Made by a program: the position numbers and the translations under genes
The notes under the pieces: generated by a model
Told to the model about the DNA's origin: nothing
Database searches by the model: none
Seen by the model: only the letters and a program-made list of their open reading frames with translations
In this document: positions 25,519-38,000 of the stretch, piece after piece
Layout: every line of letters begins with the position of its first letter
How positions within the stretch are numbered: the stretch's first letter is position 1
From: Geosiphon pyriformis uo1
Taxonomy: Eukaryota > Fungi > Glomeromycota
Direction of reading: 5' to 3'
Assembly (NCBI GenBank): GCA_016748015.1
Contig: JAAOMT010000129.1
Span: 1 to 64,000 of the forward strand
DNA length: 64,000 nt

Positions 25519-26148
25519 TTAATATTGAGCTCCATCAAAATCTAACTCATGTAATTCCCCCTTTTGAAGTATTTCCTGGATCTTGTTTTCGAGAATTACT
25601 TGTGTTATTTGGGTCTGTAATTCCTCAAATTGAGCATTGGTGATTTTCCCCAATTGATTACTGGTCACCATATCCATTGCTCTGTTGAGCAATATATCTG
25701 GTTTATTCTGAAATGCTGTATGTATTCGGTATATGGCTTGGGCTTGTGTGGATAAGTTGTTCTTTCCCACAAAATGTTCTAATTGTTGTAGTATTCTTTT
25801 GTCGAATAATCACTTTGTTTTATCCATATATAAATTCTGGATATTTACATGTTGTCCCAAGTAAAAGTAACAATAGTTTTGTGAAAATTGTTGTATCCAT
25901 TAATTCCAAGTTTCTTTAGTCAACTCTTGGTATAGTGATTCTTTTGTCGATTTTTTTATTGCTAATTTTACTTTCGCCATGATTTTGTCCACCATATTTT
26001 CTGTTTTCTTCTGTGTTCTGAGTTGAACTGTCTTTCTAGTATCTTGATATCTAATGGTTTGTTGATTGATTGTAATCTCCATTTCCTGGTGTTGGATTAA
26101 TTGAAAGAGTTGTTGTGCTAGTGAGTGAATGTTGTCTGTAATTTCCAT
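25519..26148 (-). pseudogene. Gypsy-B extra 3' ORF (ORF3)
   Basis: ORF-track fragments MEITDNIH...KETWN and GKNNLSTQ...DFDGAQY lie in the same frame. Confidence 0.75.
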
Positions 26149-26201
26149 TTTCTGATATTTCCTGTCGCGTCTACCCTGTCTTTATATATTCTTTTGATGG
26201 A

Positions 26202-27584
26202 TCAATTTAGCATGTTGTCATCGATAATAATGATTGGTTCCAGATCTTGTGGAATCTCATCTGGTTAAACTAGTATTCTCTGTACTTCTAATTGTGGAAT
26301 ATTACTGGTAGATGGTAGTGTGATGTTGTGATATGATTTTAGTCAATCTCCATGTGCTGCTTTGGTTAAAATTTTGTTATCCAATCTTAATTTGTAAGCT
26401 CCATTTTCTAGAATTTCTTCTATGTAAAATGGTTCATCCCATTTGGGGTCAAATTTTCCACTCCATTGTTTTTCCGCTTTGGTACAATGTAGTAATACTT
26501 TGTCTCCGATTCTGAATTCAACTGGTTTGTCTGGTAGTTGATTATCGTGTCTTTCTTTCTGTGTTTCTTGTGACTTTTGAATATTATCAGCTGCTCTTCT
26601 TCATTTGTTTTCTAATGTTTCCATTAAGTCATATGTTCTTCTCAGCAATGTTTCTTGAAAATTTTTCTCTGTTATTGGTTCAGCTGAATATGTATTAATT
26701 TCTCTCTCTATTGGTAACGTTGTGATTCTCTCATACATTAATTCAAATGGTGTTGCTTGTGTGGTATCTTGTTTCATTGTCCGATAAGCAAATAGTACTG
26801 ATGGTATAAACAAATCCCAATTGTTTTGGTTTTTTTGGCTGAGCTTGGCTATTGCTTCACACAATGTTCAGTTGAATCTTTCTACTAATCCGTTGGTTTG
26901 TGGATGGTATGGTGATGATAATGGTCTTTTAATTTCGAATCTTCGGCTTAATTCTGTTAATGTTCTGTTTACAAAATGAGTTCTTTGATCTGATAATAAT
27001 TTTTTTGAACATCCATGTCAACAAATCAAATCCTAATGAACCAATTCAGCAACGGATTCTGCATCCGCTCTTTGAATTGCTTTTGCCTCTGGCCATTTAG
27101 TAAGATAATCCATAGCCACTGCTATGTATCTGTTTCTTCTGCTGGTGATTGTTAATGGTCTAACTAAATCAATTCCCATATGATCAAATGGTTGTCCCAC
27201 TTTAATTGGTCTTAATGGTTCACTGGGTCTTGTTTCTCCTTTTCGCTGACAGGCATCACAATTTTGAACATATTGAATGATGTCTGAATACATTGATGGC
27301 CAATAGTATCTTTTTCTAGTTCTTTCTATGGTTGCTTCTTTGTGAAAATGTCCTGCTGTGGGATTTGAGTGCATGTTGAACAATATTGTCTCTTTTTCTG
27401 GTTCCATAACTACTCTGGTTGGTTGATCTGGATCTTTTCTATTTTTCCGATAAAGTATATTTTGGTGAGTGATAAAATATTTTGATTGTTGTTTGATACT
27501 CTTTTGTTCTGTTTGCGATAAATTCTCCTTGAACTGGTGAGTGTTTATATAATGTTGCAGTTGTTGATATTTTTGTATGTTCAT
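26202..27584 (-). pseudogene. Gypsy-B integrase ORF
   Basis: HSNPTAGH...CDAC, GIDLV, YLTKWPEA, FAYRT. 1383 nt, as in A and C. Confidence 0.92.
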
Positions 27585-27648
27585 CTTTTGTTATATTTTT
27601 TTCGTTGATATTGTTCTGGTTTTGTTATATTTTTGGGTTGAAATGTTT

Positions 27649-30600
27649 TTAGATTTGTCTTATTCGTGACAAACCATCAGCATTTCCATTGTTTTTTCCC
27701 TTTTTGTAATGTATTGTATAATTGTATAGTGTGAGTGCCATTTTCCATCTTGACTGTCTTCCATCTCCAAATTCTTGTTTTTGGAGTAATGTTAATCCTT
27801 TGTGATCTGTGTATACTTCAAACTTCTGGCTCAAATATTCTTTTCATTTCATAACGGCCCAGTATATTGCTAAGTGTTCTTGTTCCGGTGTTCCATAGTT
27901 CTTTTCGGCTGGTGTTAAACCTCTACTGGCATATGTTATTGGATGTTCTCTGCCGTTCAGTCCTCTCTGAGATAATACTGCTCCCAATGCTTGGCCGGAT
28001 GCATCGGTGATGATGATGGATGATTTGCTGTAATCTGAATAGATCAGTATTGAAGCTTGGATGAGCTTTTTCCTTAGAATATTAAAAGCTTCTTGTTGAC
28101 TTTCTGTCCATTCATATTTCACATTTTTGTTTTGTAGTTGATTGAGTGGCTGTGCTATCTTGGAAAAGTTCTTGATAAAACGATGATAGTAGCTGGCAAA
28201 TCCCAAAAATGATTGCAGTTCTGTTATATTGGTCAGCACTAAAAAGTTCTTTACTATCTCTATTTTCTCTGGATCCATTTTGATGCCGTCTTTGCTGACT
28301 ATGTGTCCCAAGAATTTGAGTTCTGTCTTGCCAAAGAAGCACTTTGTCACATTTAACTTTAGTCCTGCTTTTCTTAGTCTTTCGAACATTTGTTGAAGAT
28401 GATAGAGATGATCATCAAATGTTTTTGAGAATACATTGGTGTTATCCAAGTATACAACTACTGATTTCTACAATAAGCCAGTATAAACAATTTCTATTAG
28501 CCATTGGAAAGTTGCCGGGGCATTGGTTAAGCCGAATGGCATTACTTCAAATTCGAAATTCCCTTCTCTAGTAGTAAATGCCATCTTTTCTTTGTCAGCT
28601 GGATTCATGGCTACTTGTCAGTAACCACTGTCTAAATCTAATGTGGAGAACCATTTGTTCTCACCAAAAGCATCGAATAATTTCTGTATTCGTGGAGTTG
28701 GATAACTGTCTCCACGAGTTACACCATTGAGTTTCCTGTAGTCTACACAAAACCAGATTTTTCCATTTTTCTTATGAATAAGTACCACTGGTGACGACCA
28801 TGGACTCATTGATGGTTGAATTAACCCATTGTCAAGCATTCTGTTTATTTCTTGACGAATAATCTCATGGCTGGCTGGTGGCACTCTGTATGCTCTTTGC
28901 TTAATTGGCATTGCATCTCCAGTCTTGATCTGATGCTGGATGATGTTGGTTCGGCCAAACTCATTTTTGCTAGCAAAGATGTCATTGAAATTGTTGAGTA
29001 ATATCTTGAGCTGTATACATTGGAGTGGATCTAAGTTTCCCTGTTCATTTGTTCCAATTGTTCTGGTTGGAGCAAATAACATTTGTTTCATCCATAGATT
29101 GTTTGTGATGTGATGTCAACATATCCACAAAGTTGTGAAAAGTTTGGAATGGGAGTTGGTGGTTGGTTTTCTATTTCTGTGGTTAAACATCTGATAATGG
29201 TTTCTTCTGGTATGCTGATAACATTGCCAGTGTTGTTGTAGATGAGAATTTTTATGCTGCTATAGCTTTTGGCTGGTATGTAGAGATTGATCAATCCAAT
29301 CTCTTCTGATTTACAAAGAGTTGCTTCCACTTCAAACATCTGTTCTTGCTCTTTTTCCTTCCTTTCTATTGCTAGCATGTACTGGCTATATGGTGGAATG
29401 GAAATAGCTTGACTGGTTGAGATAATTTCTCTTTGGCCAATAATTTCTTCCTCTGCCATATTAACTGGTACATCTATTCTACCTGTGGATCCAAATCTCT
29501 GTATTCCTCTCGCCATTATTTCTAATTCCTCCCTCTTGCCCACTGATACTAACTGAGCTATTCTAACCAGAGGCAGGAATATTGCTTGTGCTATCTTTTC
29601 ATTGGGCTCTATTACATATGTCTTTTCTGAGTCATTTTGTAGCATAGCAATGATATTTCCTATATATCCCGTGTTAATTATTCCTCCTCTTATATTAATC
29701 TCTCTTTTTGCTAAACTACTCCTAGATGCTAGTTGAACCATTGTTGTTGCCGGAATTTCTAGTGCTACTTTCAGATCAAGGCAGGTGCGTGAATATGGTT
29801 CCAATTTGATGGCCTCTTTTCCTGAATACCTCAGATCAAATCCTGCATCCGTATTATGCACTCATTCTGGCATAATACCTTCTCCATTGTCACTATACTA
29901 TTTCAATTCTTGTTCCTTAGATAGATCTGGTAGTGCAATGTATTGTTTGTAGTTTACATCAGAGTTTGAATCTGAGTTGGTCTTATTATCATTATTATAG
30001 CCATATTGAACAAAGCTGGAACCAGTGTTTTCATCATTATCATTGTCGGGATTTGAATTGGGATTGAAATTTGATTCTGATTCTGATGCACATCTGCTGA
30101 TTGGTTCTTTTTCTTCAGGGATTGAGTAGATCATGCATGGTGGTAGATTGTACATGAGGTCACACTCATTACAATATTGGAAGTCACATAGAATCAAACA
30201 GTGGTCACATAGTTGAGTGTTTATTTCTTCTAAGCGTTGCTCTTGTTCTTCTTGGGTAGGTGCCAATTCCTGGTAATGTTCGTGGAACTGCTCTGGATCT
30301 AGAAGATTTATGACTGGTTCTGGGTCTTGGTCGAGTTCTATGGGTTCCGGTGGGTTGTTTTTGATTTCCCTGATTTCTTTAGGTGTCACTTCTTCTATTT
30401 TGGCAATTGCCATTCTCCACATTTCGTCATTGTCATGAGAACAACTATCCAGTCATTGTATGGCTCTTTTCCAGGCTGCTTCTATTGGGGTTCCTTTTTT
30501 TACCCAGTCGCTTATTAGAATCGTGTATTGACATGACACGTCACATGTTCCTCCACATCCTGGGATGTTGTTCCACATCCCTCCATCTAGTAGAGTTTCT

Positions 30601-33600
30601 CCACAAGTAAAACAAGGTTGGTTATCCCATTTTTCTTACCTCTTTGGTTGTCCAAAGTGTTTGAGCATGCATAGATAACAGTAGAACTTTGTTGCAGTGT
30701 GGTATTTCTCATTGTCACCATAGTGTGTACTCATTGATGACAATTTTTTACTACAATTGACGCATATAAGCTTAGGTCGATGATAGGTAGATTGTTGTGA
30801 TATAGTGTGGGTGTTATAAGTGGTGGTGGTTTGGGTGGTCTCTTTTCTCTTTCCTTTCCCTTTATTTTCTTTGTCTTTTTCCCATTCCCAGCTTGAAGTT
30901 AGTTCACTCTCGTCATTGTCAGTCCATGTCAGGTCATCGGTTTCCCAGATAAGTTCTTCTTTTTGTTTCTCTTTTTCCTTGTTGTTGTTGTCCCAGGAGA
31001 GTATTGGTGGTAGTTTGTTGTGCTCTTCGTCAGCCCACGACACTTGATAGGTTTCCCAGATAGGCTTTTCTTTCTCTTTATCCAGTTCAATCAATAGTTT
31101 CTCTCTTGGAGGAGTTTTGAAGTGGCCACACATGGCCGGGACATGTATGTGTTGACCCTGATACGTTAGCTGGAGTTCCTGGGTGTTCCAGTCTAATGTT
31201 GCGTTGATTTTGGATAGCCAGTCATTCTCAACAAGAGCTTGGTATTGAGTGGCTTCCATTACTAGAACTTTAATAGAAGTCACAATGTCATTGACTTTAA
31301 AAGGAAAATCATCGATTTCGCTGATTGGAGTTTTGGTCGCTCCATTGATTGTAATGATTCTGGCACTGGCAGCTCGATCAACTCGGTGACCTAATTGATC
31401 CATGAGTTGTCTAGTGATTATGCTGCCTGCAGAACCGCTGTCCAGGATTAATTTGATGGATTGTCCCTCGACTTTGGCGTCAGTGTACATCGCAGTAATT
31501 GGTTTGGCTTCAAAAGCGGCTCCACTGAATAATGATGTTGCAGCTGTTTCCTCAAATTCGAATGGGAAGATAGCATCCAATGACTCGTCTTCGGTAATGG
31601 TAGCAGGTGGGATATTACTGGTGAGTAGTTGTTTTTGGGCCAATGCCAGGTTATTGGTTGAAGCGTCTTCTGGGGTGACCAGGAGACTTAAATAGTTCTG
31701 AGAATTCGGGTTCTGGGGTTAACTGGTACTCAAATTCTGCTGGTGTAATCCAGATGGTTGCTGTAAAGAACTGGGGATCAGTTGATGGACTACTATTGCC
31801 GATCTCCAGCTTTGTTGAGTCATTCTTGGTCTTTGGGTTCCGTTGGGTGGTAAGCTTTGGGGTGGTGTTTGGATCTGTTGGGATTGAGAGATTATTTGTG
31901 GCTGCGGTTGTTGATAAATCACTTGTGGCTGCAGTTAATAGATTGGAGCTTGATACACTGGAGACTGATAGACTGATGACTGCGTCACTGATAGATAAGC
32001 AGTTGGGTTTTAATTTGGGTACTGATTCGGAATTTGAAACCGGCGATCAGAGTTTCAATATTAATTTCCTGATCATTGGTTATTTAAATGCTGGTAACAG
32101 TCAATTTGGATATGTTCTTGTTTACCACAATAGTGGCAGATATGCATTTCCTGTTGCCACTGTTAATTGGTTGATGAAGATGGACGTGGTTGATTTTGGC
32201 CATGATTAGAATTTCCTTGGTTATTGCGTTATTGTGAAGGCTAATAAACGGTATGATTGTCAGCTAAGTATCCTTCCAATTTCTTATTGATTAATTTACT
32301 GAACTTCTCCAATTTGGAATCCAATTCAGATGATCCATTTATGACTAGATTAACGGCTTGAGCATGGTTAGCTTCTGACTCCACGGATTTAAAATCTCTG
32401 GCACATGTGACTGCATCTTGAAAGGTGCCTGGATATAACAGACGTACATATTACAAGATGCTACTACGCAGGCCACGGATAAACTAATTGAGTATCTGTG
32501 AGACTGTGAAATAGTTGTCATCAATTGCTTGAATTTGGTGTAAGTTTCAATGGAAGTGTCCCAGGTATGTGGTGACTGCTTCAGTTTCTCCATGTTTTAT
32601 GGTGGTAAATGTATTGACTAGGTGATTGATACTGTTATTGTTGCTGAAGTATCTTAAGAATTCCACTTTGAAGACATTGAAATCTTGTGGTTTATTAATC
32701 AAGCTTTAGTACCATGAATTGGCAGTGTTCTTGAGAAAGTAGGGAATGGCTTGCATTGCTTGAGCGTCATTCTATCCATTGGCTGCAATGGCTTTTTTTA
32801 TATCATTCAGTCATATTTAAGCATCATCTTCTTCACCAGTAAAGTTGTCAAGTTTTGCGATTGGTGCATAGGCCATGGGATCTAAGTTAGGTGGTTGTGA
32901 TGGCTGTTGAAGCAGTTGTTGTTGTCCTGACTGTTGGGGTGGTAGCTGAAGTGGCTGCTGTATGGGTTCAGCTATGGGATTAATTGGCAGTTGATTGATG
33001 ACGATTACTGGAGGTAAGTTTTGCTGATTAATTAATTCGGGTCCTTGATTTCTTTGATTTGGCGGTGTTCGAATATTCGGAGTTTTGATTTCCAGATTTT
33101 CTAACTGTTGCTGAGTTTGAAGGTTCGGGGTTTTAACTTCCGGGTTTTCAGTGTTTGGATGCTGGTAAGTGAATTCTTAGTCTTCTGATTCTTCTTCCTC
33201 CTTTTCTGATTCTGCTGCTTCCCATGGATCAGAAATTCCGAAATCTGGTGGAGGCGGTGGTGATTGAAGTCCTGATGGGGTTAATAATTGCGAATTAAAT
33301 CCCTCAAAGTACTTGCCATATGGTCCTAACAATTCTGTTTTTCTTTGTCTACTTCGGAATGGGAATCGTCCAAATGCTGATGTTGTAGTTGATGGGAACG
33401 TGTCTGTTGATAATATGTTGATGGCACTTCCAGGGGTATAGTGGTAGGATGGGTTGCTTGGGAATTCAACTCTGTTTTTCTTCCAAGCAGGTGGCTGTAT
33501 TTTTTTGGGTGTTACTGCTGGTGTTTGTAATTTTCTCTTGCCTTTACTAGCATATGTAATTGGATATCTTTGTTGAGTGTGATGTTCAATTTCTTTGTTG

Positions 33601-33860
33601 ATTTCAGTGATGATGGATGTGAAATTATGATTTGTTGGCACATTGGTATTTTGAATTAATTCCTTATAGAAAGTTTCCCTTGCTGATTCAGTATTCACTG
33701 GTGTTCTTAATAAAGAAGAAATCTTTTCGTTGACATAAAAATTGAAGGCTGATTTGGTGGATATATGATTGTGGTTTAATCCCAAGTATTGACAATAGTG
33801 TTGAAATAAGGATTTTGCGAATCCTAAATGGTTTGCTCCTATAGTTTCTGATTTTGCCAC
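27649..33860 (-). pseudogene. pol: Gypsy-B gag-pol polyprotein
   Basis: LILDSGSAGS, SPWSSPVVL, FCVDYRKLN, ITDASGQALGAVLSQ, NADGLSRIRQI*. Confidence 0.93.
29481..29873 (-). pseudogene. dut: dUTPase domain within Gypsy-B pol
   Basis: AGFDL, SRSSLA, GGIINTGYIGNI, EKIAQAI, RGIQRFGSTG. Confidence 0.92.
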
Positions 33861-33903
33861 TTTTGGTTTGGTGTTGTTGGTGTTGGTTCTCTGTAGGATT
33901 ATA

Positions 33904-33920
33904 CTTCACAGAGAGCACCA
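33904..33920 (-). other. Primer binding site of Gypsy-B
   Basis: Reverse complement reads TGGTGCTCTCTGTGAAG next to the 5' LTR. Confidence 0.85.
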
Positions 33921-33922
33921 AA

Positions 33923-34798
33923 TGTTACAGGTGGTTGCTTCTGCTGTTGAATTGTATAATAAACCCGTAACTTGGTGCTCAAAAGCTACTTCCACTGATG
34001 CAGCTCTGTAAGTATTGTATCTGAAGGTTTTGATGGAGTCTAAAGGTTTTTTGGTTGAGTTCTTTGTATAATAAACAAAGATTCAATAGTGTTGATATCT
34101 TTCAAGAGTTTTCCCAATTTCTTTCTCAGTGTGGTGGCCAGATTTAGTCTGGCAGTCATGCCCTTCTGGTAAGCTATCCAATAATATATAAAATCCTACC
34201 CTTATTTCTGGGTTTTTTACCAGGCTATCCTTGACGTCAATAACTCAGTGCTTTAATCTTTAATCAATTAGTATACAACAACAATTCAAAATAAAATAAA
34301 GAAAAAGAAATAAAAGAAAATAAAAAAAGAAAAGAAATAAGCCAAGGCGATTTGCAGATTAGTATCCCGTCAATAGCCATGATTAAGAGCTATTGTTCCA
34401 GCATGGTTAAGTATCAATTACTATCAACATGAAGTGTTAATAGTGGAGAGTGGGTTGAGATATGAAATAATTATTTATTTGATGATTGTGTTTCTAAGCT
34501 AAGAATTCTGTGGTATTGATTCTGTTTTTTCTGTTTCTAATACTACTGCTATATATACATAATTGAGATTTCTCAATTCCTCGATTCTCCACAACAGGAA
34601 TCCTGGAATTCCTGGAATCCTGCGATTTCTTTGAGAGGAATCCTGGAATTCTGGAATCCTGCAATTTCTCGTTAAGAATCCTAAAATTCTTGGAATCCTG
34701 CAATTTCTGTGAGGAATCCTGAAATTCCACATTTACTACGCTTACTTCTGATTGGCTAATAATTATGCTAATATTTTCCTATATTTCTATGAGTAACA
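33923..34798 (-). repeat. Gypsy-B 5' LTR
   Basis: Direct repeat of 24630-25505. Confidence 0.95.
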
Positions 34799-34802
34799 AT
34801 AC

Positions 34803-34997
34803 TGAGAAAGAAATTAGAAAAACTCTGAGAAAGATACATCTACTATTAACACTATTAAATCTTTGTCCATTATACAAAAGACTCCATCAAAACTTTCAGA
34901 TACAACACTTGCAGAACTTCATCTACAGAAGTAGCTTTTGAGCACCAAGTTATGGGTTTGTTATTTAATTCAACAGCAGAAATAATCACTTGTAACA
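34803..34997 (+). repeat. Gypsy-C 5' LTR, second part
   Basis: Resumes tgagaaagaaatt and ends TGTAACA, followed by the PBS at 35000-35016. Confidence 0.92.
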
Positions 34998-34999
34998 TT

Positions 35000-35016
35000 T
35001 GGTGCTCCCTGTGAGG
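35000..35016 (+). other. Primer binding site of Gypsy-C
   Basis: TGGTGCTCCCTGTGAGG. Confidence 0.85.
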
Positions 35017-35059
35017 TATAATCCTACAGAGAACCAGCACCAACAAACACCATCCAAAA

Positions 35060-38000
35060 GTGGCAGAATCAGAAAATATAGGAGCAAACCACTTGGAATT
35101 TGCAAAATTCTTATTTCAACACTATTGTCAATACTTGGAATTAAACCACAATCATATATCCACCAAATTAGTCTTCAATTTCTACATCAACAAAAAGATT
35201 TCCTTTTTGTTAGGAACACCAGTGAATACTGAATCAGCAAGGAAAACTTTCTATAAAGAATTAATTCAAAACACCAACCTATCAACAAATCATAATTTCG
35301 CATCCATCATTACTGAAATCAACAAAAAAATTGAACACCACACTCAACAAAGATATCCAATTACATACGCTAGTAAAGGCAAGGGAAAACTACAAACACC
35401 AGCAATAACACTCAGAAAAATACAGCCACCTACTTGAAAGAAAAACAGAATTGAATCCCCAAGCAACCCATCCTACCACTATACACCTGGAAGTGCCATT
35501 AACATATTATCAACAGACGTGTTCTCATCAACTGCAACATCAGCATTTGGACGATTCTCATTCCAAAGTAGACAAAGAAAAACAGAATTATTAGGACCAT
35601 ATGGCAAATACTTTGAGAGATTTAATTTACAATCATCAATGCCATCAGGATTTCGATTACTACCGTCTCCACCAGATTTCGGAATCTCTGATCTGTGGAA
35701 AGCAGTAGAATCAGAAAAGAGGAAGAAGAATCAGAGGATCAAAAATTCACTTATCAGCACCCGATCATTGAAAACCTGGAAGTTGAAACCCCAAATTTTC
35801 AAACTCAGCAAAATCTAAATCTAGAAAATTCAGAAATTGAAACTCTGAATCATCAAAGGCAGAACAATCCAAACTCTGAATTAATTAATCAGCAAAACTT
35901 ACCTCCAGTAATCGTCATCGATCAACTGCCAATTAATCCCATAGCCGAACCCATACAATAGCCACTTCAACTACCACTCCAACAACCAGTACAATAACAA
36001 CTGCTTTAACAGCCACCACAATCACCTAACTTAGATCCAATGGCCTATGCACCAATCGCAAAACTTGACAACTTTACTGGCAAAGAGGATGATGCTTAAG
36101 TATAGCTGAATAATGTAGAAAAGGCTATCACAGTCAATAGATGGAATAATGCCCGAGCAATGCAAGCCATTTTCTACTTTCTTAAGAATACTGCCAATTC
36201 ATAATATCAGAGCTTGGTTAATAAACCACAAGATTTCAATGCCTTCAAAGCAGAATTTCTAAGATACTTCAGCAACAATAACAGCATCAATCGCCTAGTC
36301 AATACATTCACCACCATGAAACAAGGAGAAACTAAAGCAGTTACCACTTATCTGGGACACTTCTATCAAAACCTGCCCCAAATTCAAACAATTGACACCA
36401 ACTATTTCACAGCCCCACAGATACTCAACCAGTTTATTCATGGCCTGCACAGCAGCATTTTGCAATATATATGTCTGTTGTATCCAGACACTCTTCAAGA
36501 TGCAGTCACATGCACCAAAGATTTTGAATCTGCTGAGTCAAAGGCTAACCACACCCAAGCCATTAATCTAATAATGAACGGATTATCTGAATTGGATTCC
36601 AAATTGGAGAAATTCAGTGAATCAATTAATAAGAGATTGGAAGGATACTTAGCTGACAATCATGCCATTTATCAGCCTCCACAATGACGCAATAATCAAG
36701 GAAACTCTAATTGTGCTCAAAATCAACCATGTCCATCTTTATTAACCAATCAACAGTGGCAACAGGAAATGCGTATCTGCCACTATTGTGGTAAACAAGG
36801 ACATATCCAAATTGACTGTTGCCAGCATTTAAATAACCAATGATCAGAAAATCAATATCGAAACCCTAATTGCCGGTTCCAAACTCCAAATCAGTACCCA
36901 AATCAAAACCAATCCACTTACCTACCAGTGATGCAGTTATCAGTCTATTAATCTCCAGTGTATCAAGCTCCAATCTATCAACCACAGCCACAAGTAATTT
37001 ATCAACAACCACAGCCACAAATAATCTATCAGCCCCAACAAATCCAAATACCACCCCAAAGCTTACCACTCAACAGAACCCAAAGACTGAGAATGACTCA
37101 ACAGAGCTGGAGATTGGCAATAGTAGTCCATCAACTGATCCCCAGTTTTTCACAGCAACCATCTGGATTATGCCAGCGGAATTCAGGTGCCGGTCAACCC
37201 CAGAACCCAAATTCCCAGAATTATTTAAGTTTCCTGGTTACCCCAGAAGACGCCTCAACTAATAACTCGGCATTCACCCAAAAACAACCACTTACCAGTA
37301 ATATCCTATCTGTTACTATCACCAAAGACAAGTCTTTGGCTGCTATATTCCCATTTGAATTCAAAGAAACAACTGCAATGCCATTATTTAGTGGAGCCAC
37401 TCTTGAAGCCAAACCAATCACCACAATGTACACTGATGCCAAAATTGAAGAACAATCCATCAAATTAATCCTTGACAGTGGTTCAGCAGACAGCATCATC
37501 ACATGACAACTTATAGATCAATTAGGTTGCCGAGTTGATCGAGCTGCTAGTGCCAGAATCATCACAGCCGATGGAGCAACCAAAACTCCAATCAGCAAAA
37601 TCGACGACTTCTCTTTCAAAGTCAATGACATTGTGACTCCCATTAAAGTTTTAATGATAGAAGCCACTCAATACCAAGCTCTCGTTGGTAATAACTGGCT
37701 ATCCAAAGTCAATGCAACATTAGACTAAAACACCCAGAAACTCCAGCTAATATATTAGAGCCAACACATATGTGTACTGGCCATATGTGGCCATTTCAAG
37801 ACTCCTCCAAGAGAGAAACTATTGATCGAACTGGAGGAGAAAAAAGAGAAACCTACCTGGGAAGCTTACCAAATCTCCTGGGCCGATGCTGACCACAACA
37901 AACTACCACCGATCCTCTCATAGAACAACAACCCTAAAAGAAAGCAAAAAGAGGAACTGACCTGGGAAACAGACAATTTAATCTGGACCAACAATGAACA

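Larger units (their letters stand above)
24630..34798 (-). mobile_element. Gypsy-B: full-length element on the minus strand, nested in the Gypsy-C LTR
   Basis: Two 876-bp LTRs, PBS 33904-33920, PPT 25506-25520, complete internal region. Flanks ATGC and ATAC. Confidence 0.96.

Noticed and set aside
36870-37262. Alternative-frame Ser/Thr-rich ORF over gag, suggesting a gag-pol frameshift
   Set aside because: The zinc-knuckle frame runs directly into the protease frame. The open alternate frame is expected from CAA/CCA-rich codons.
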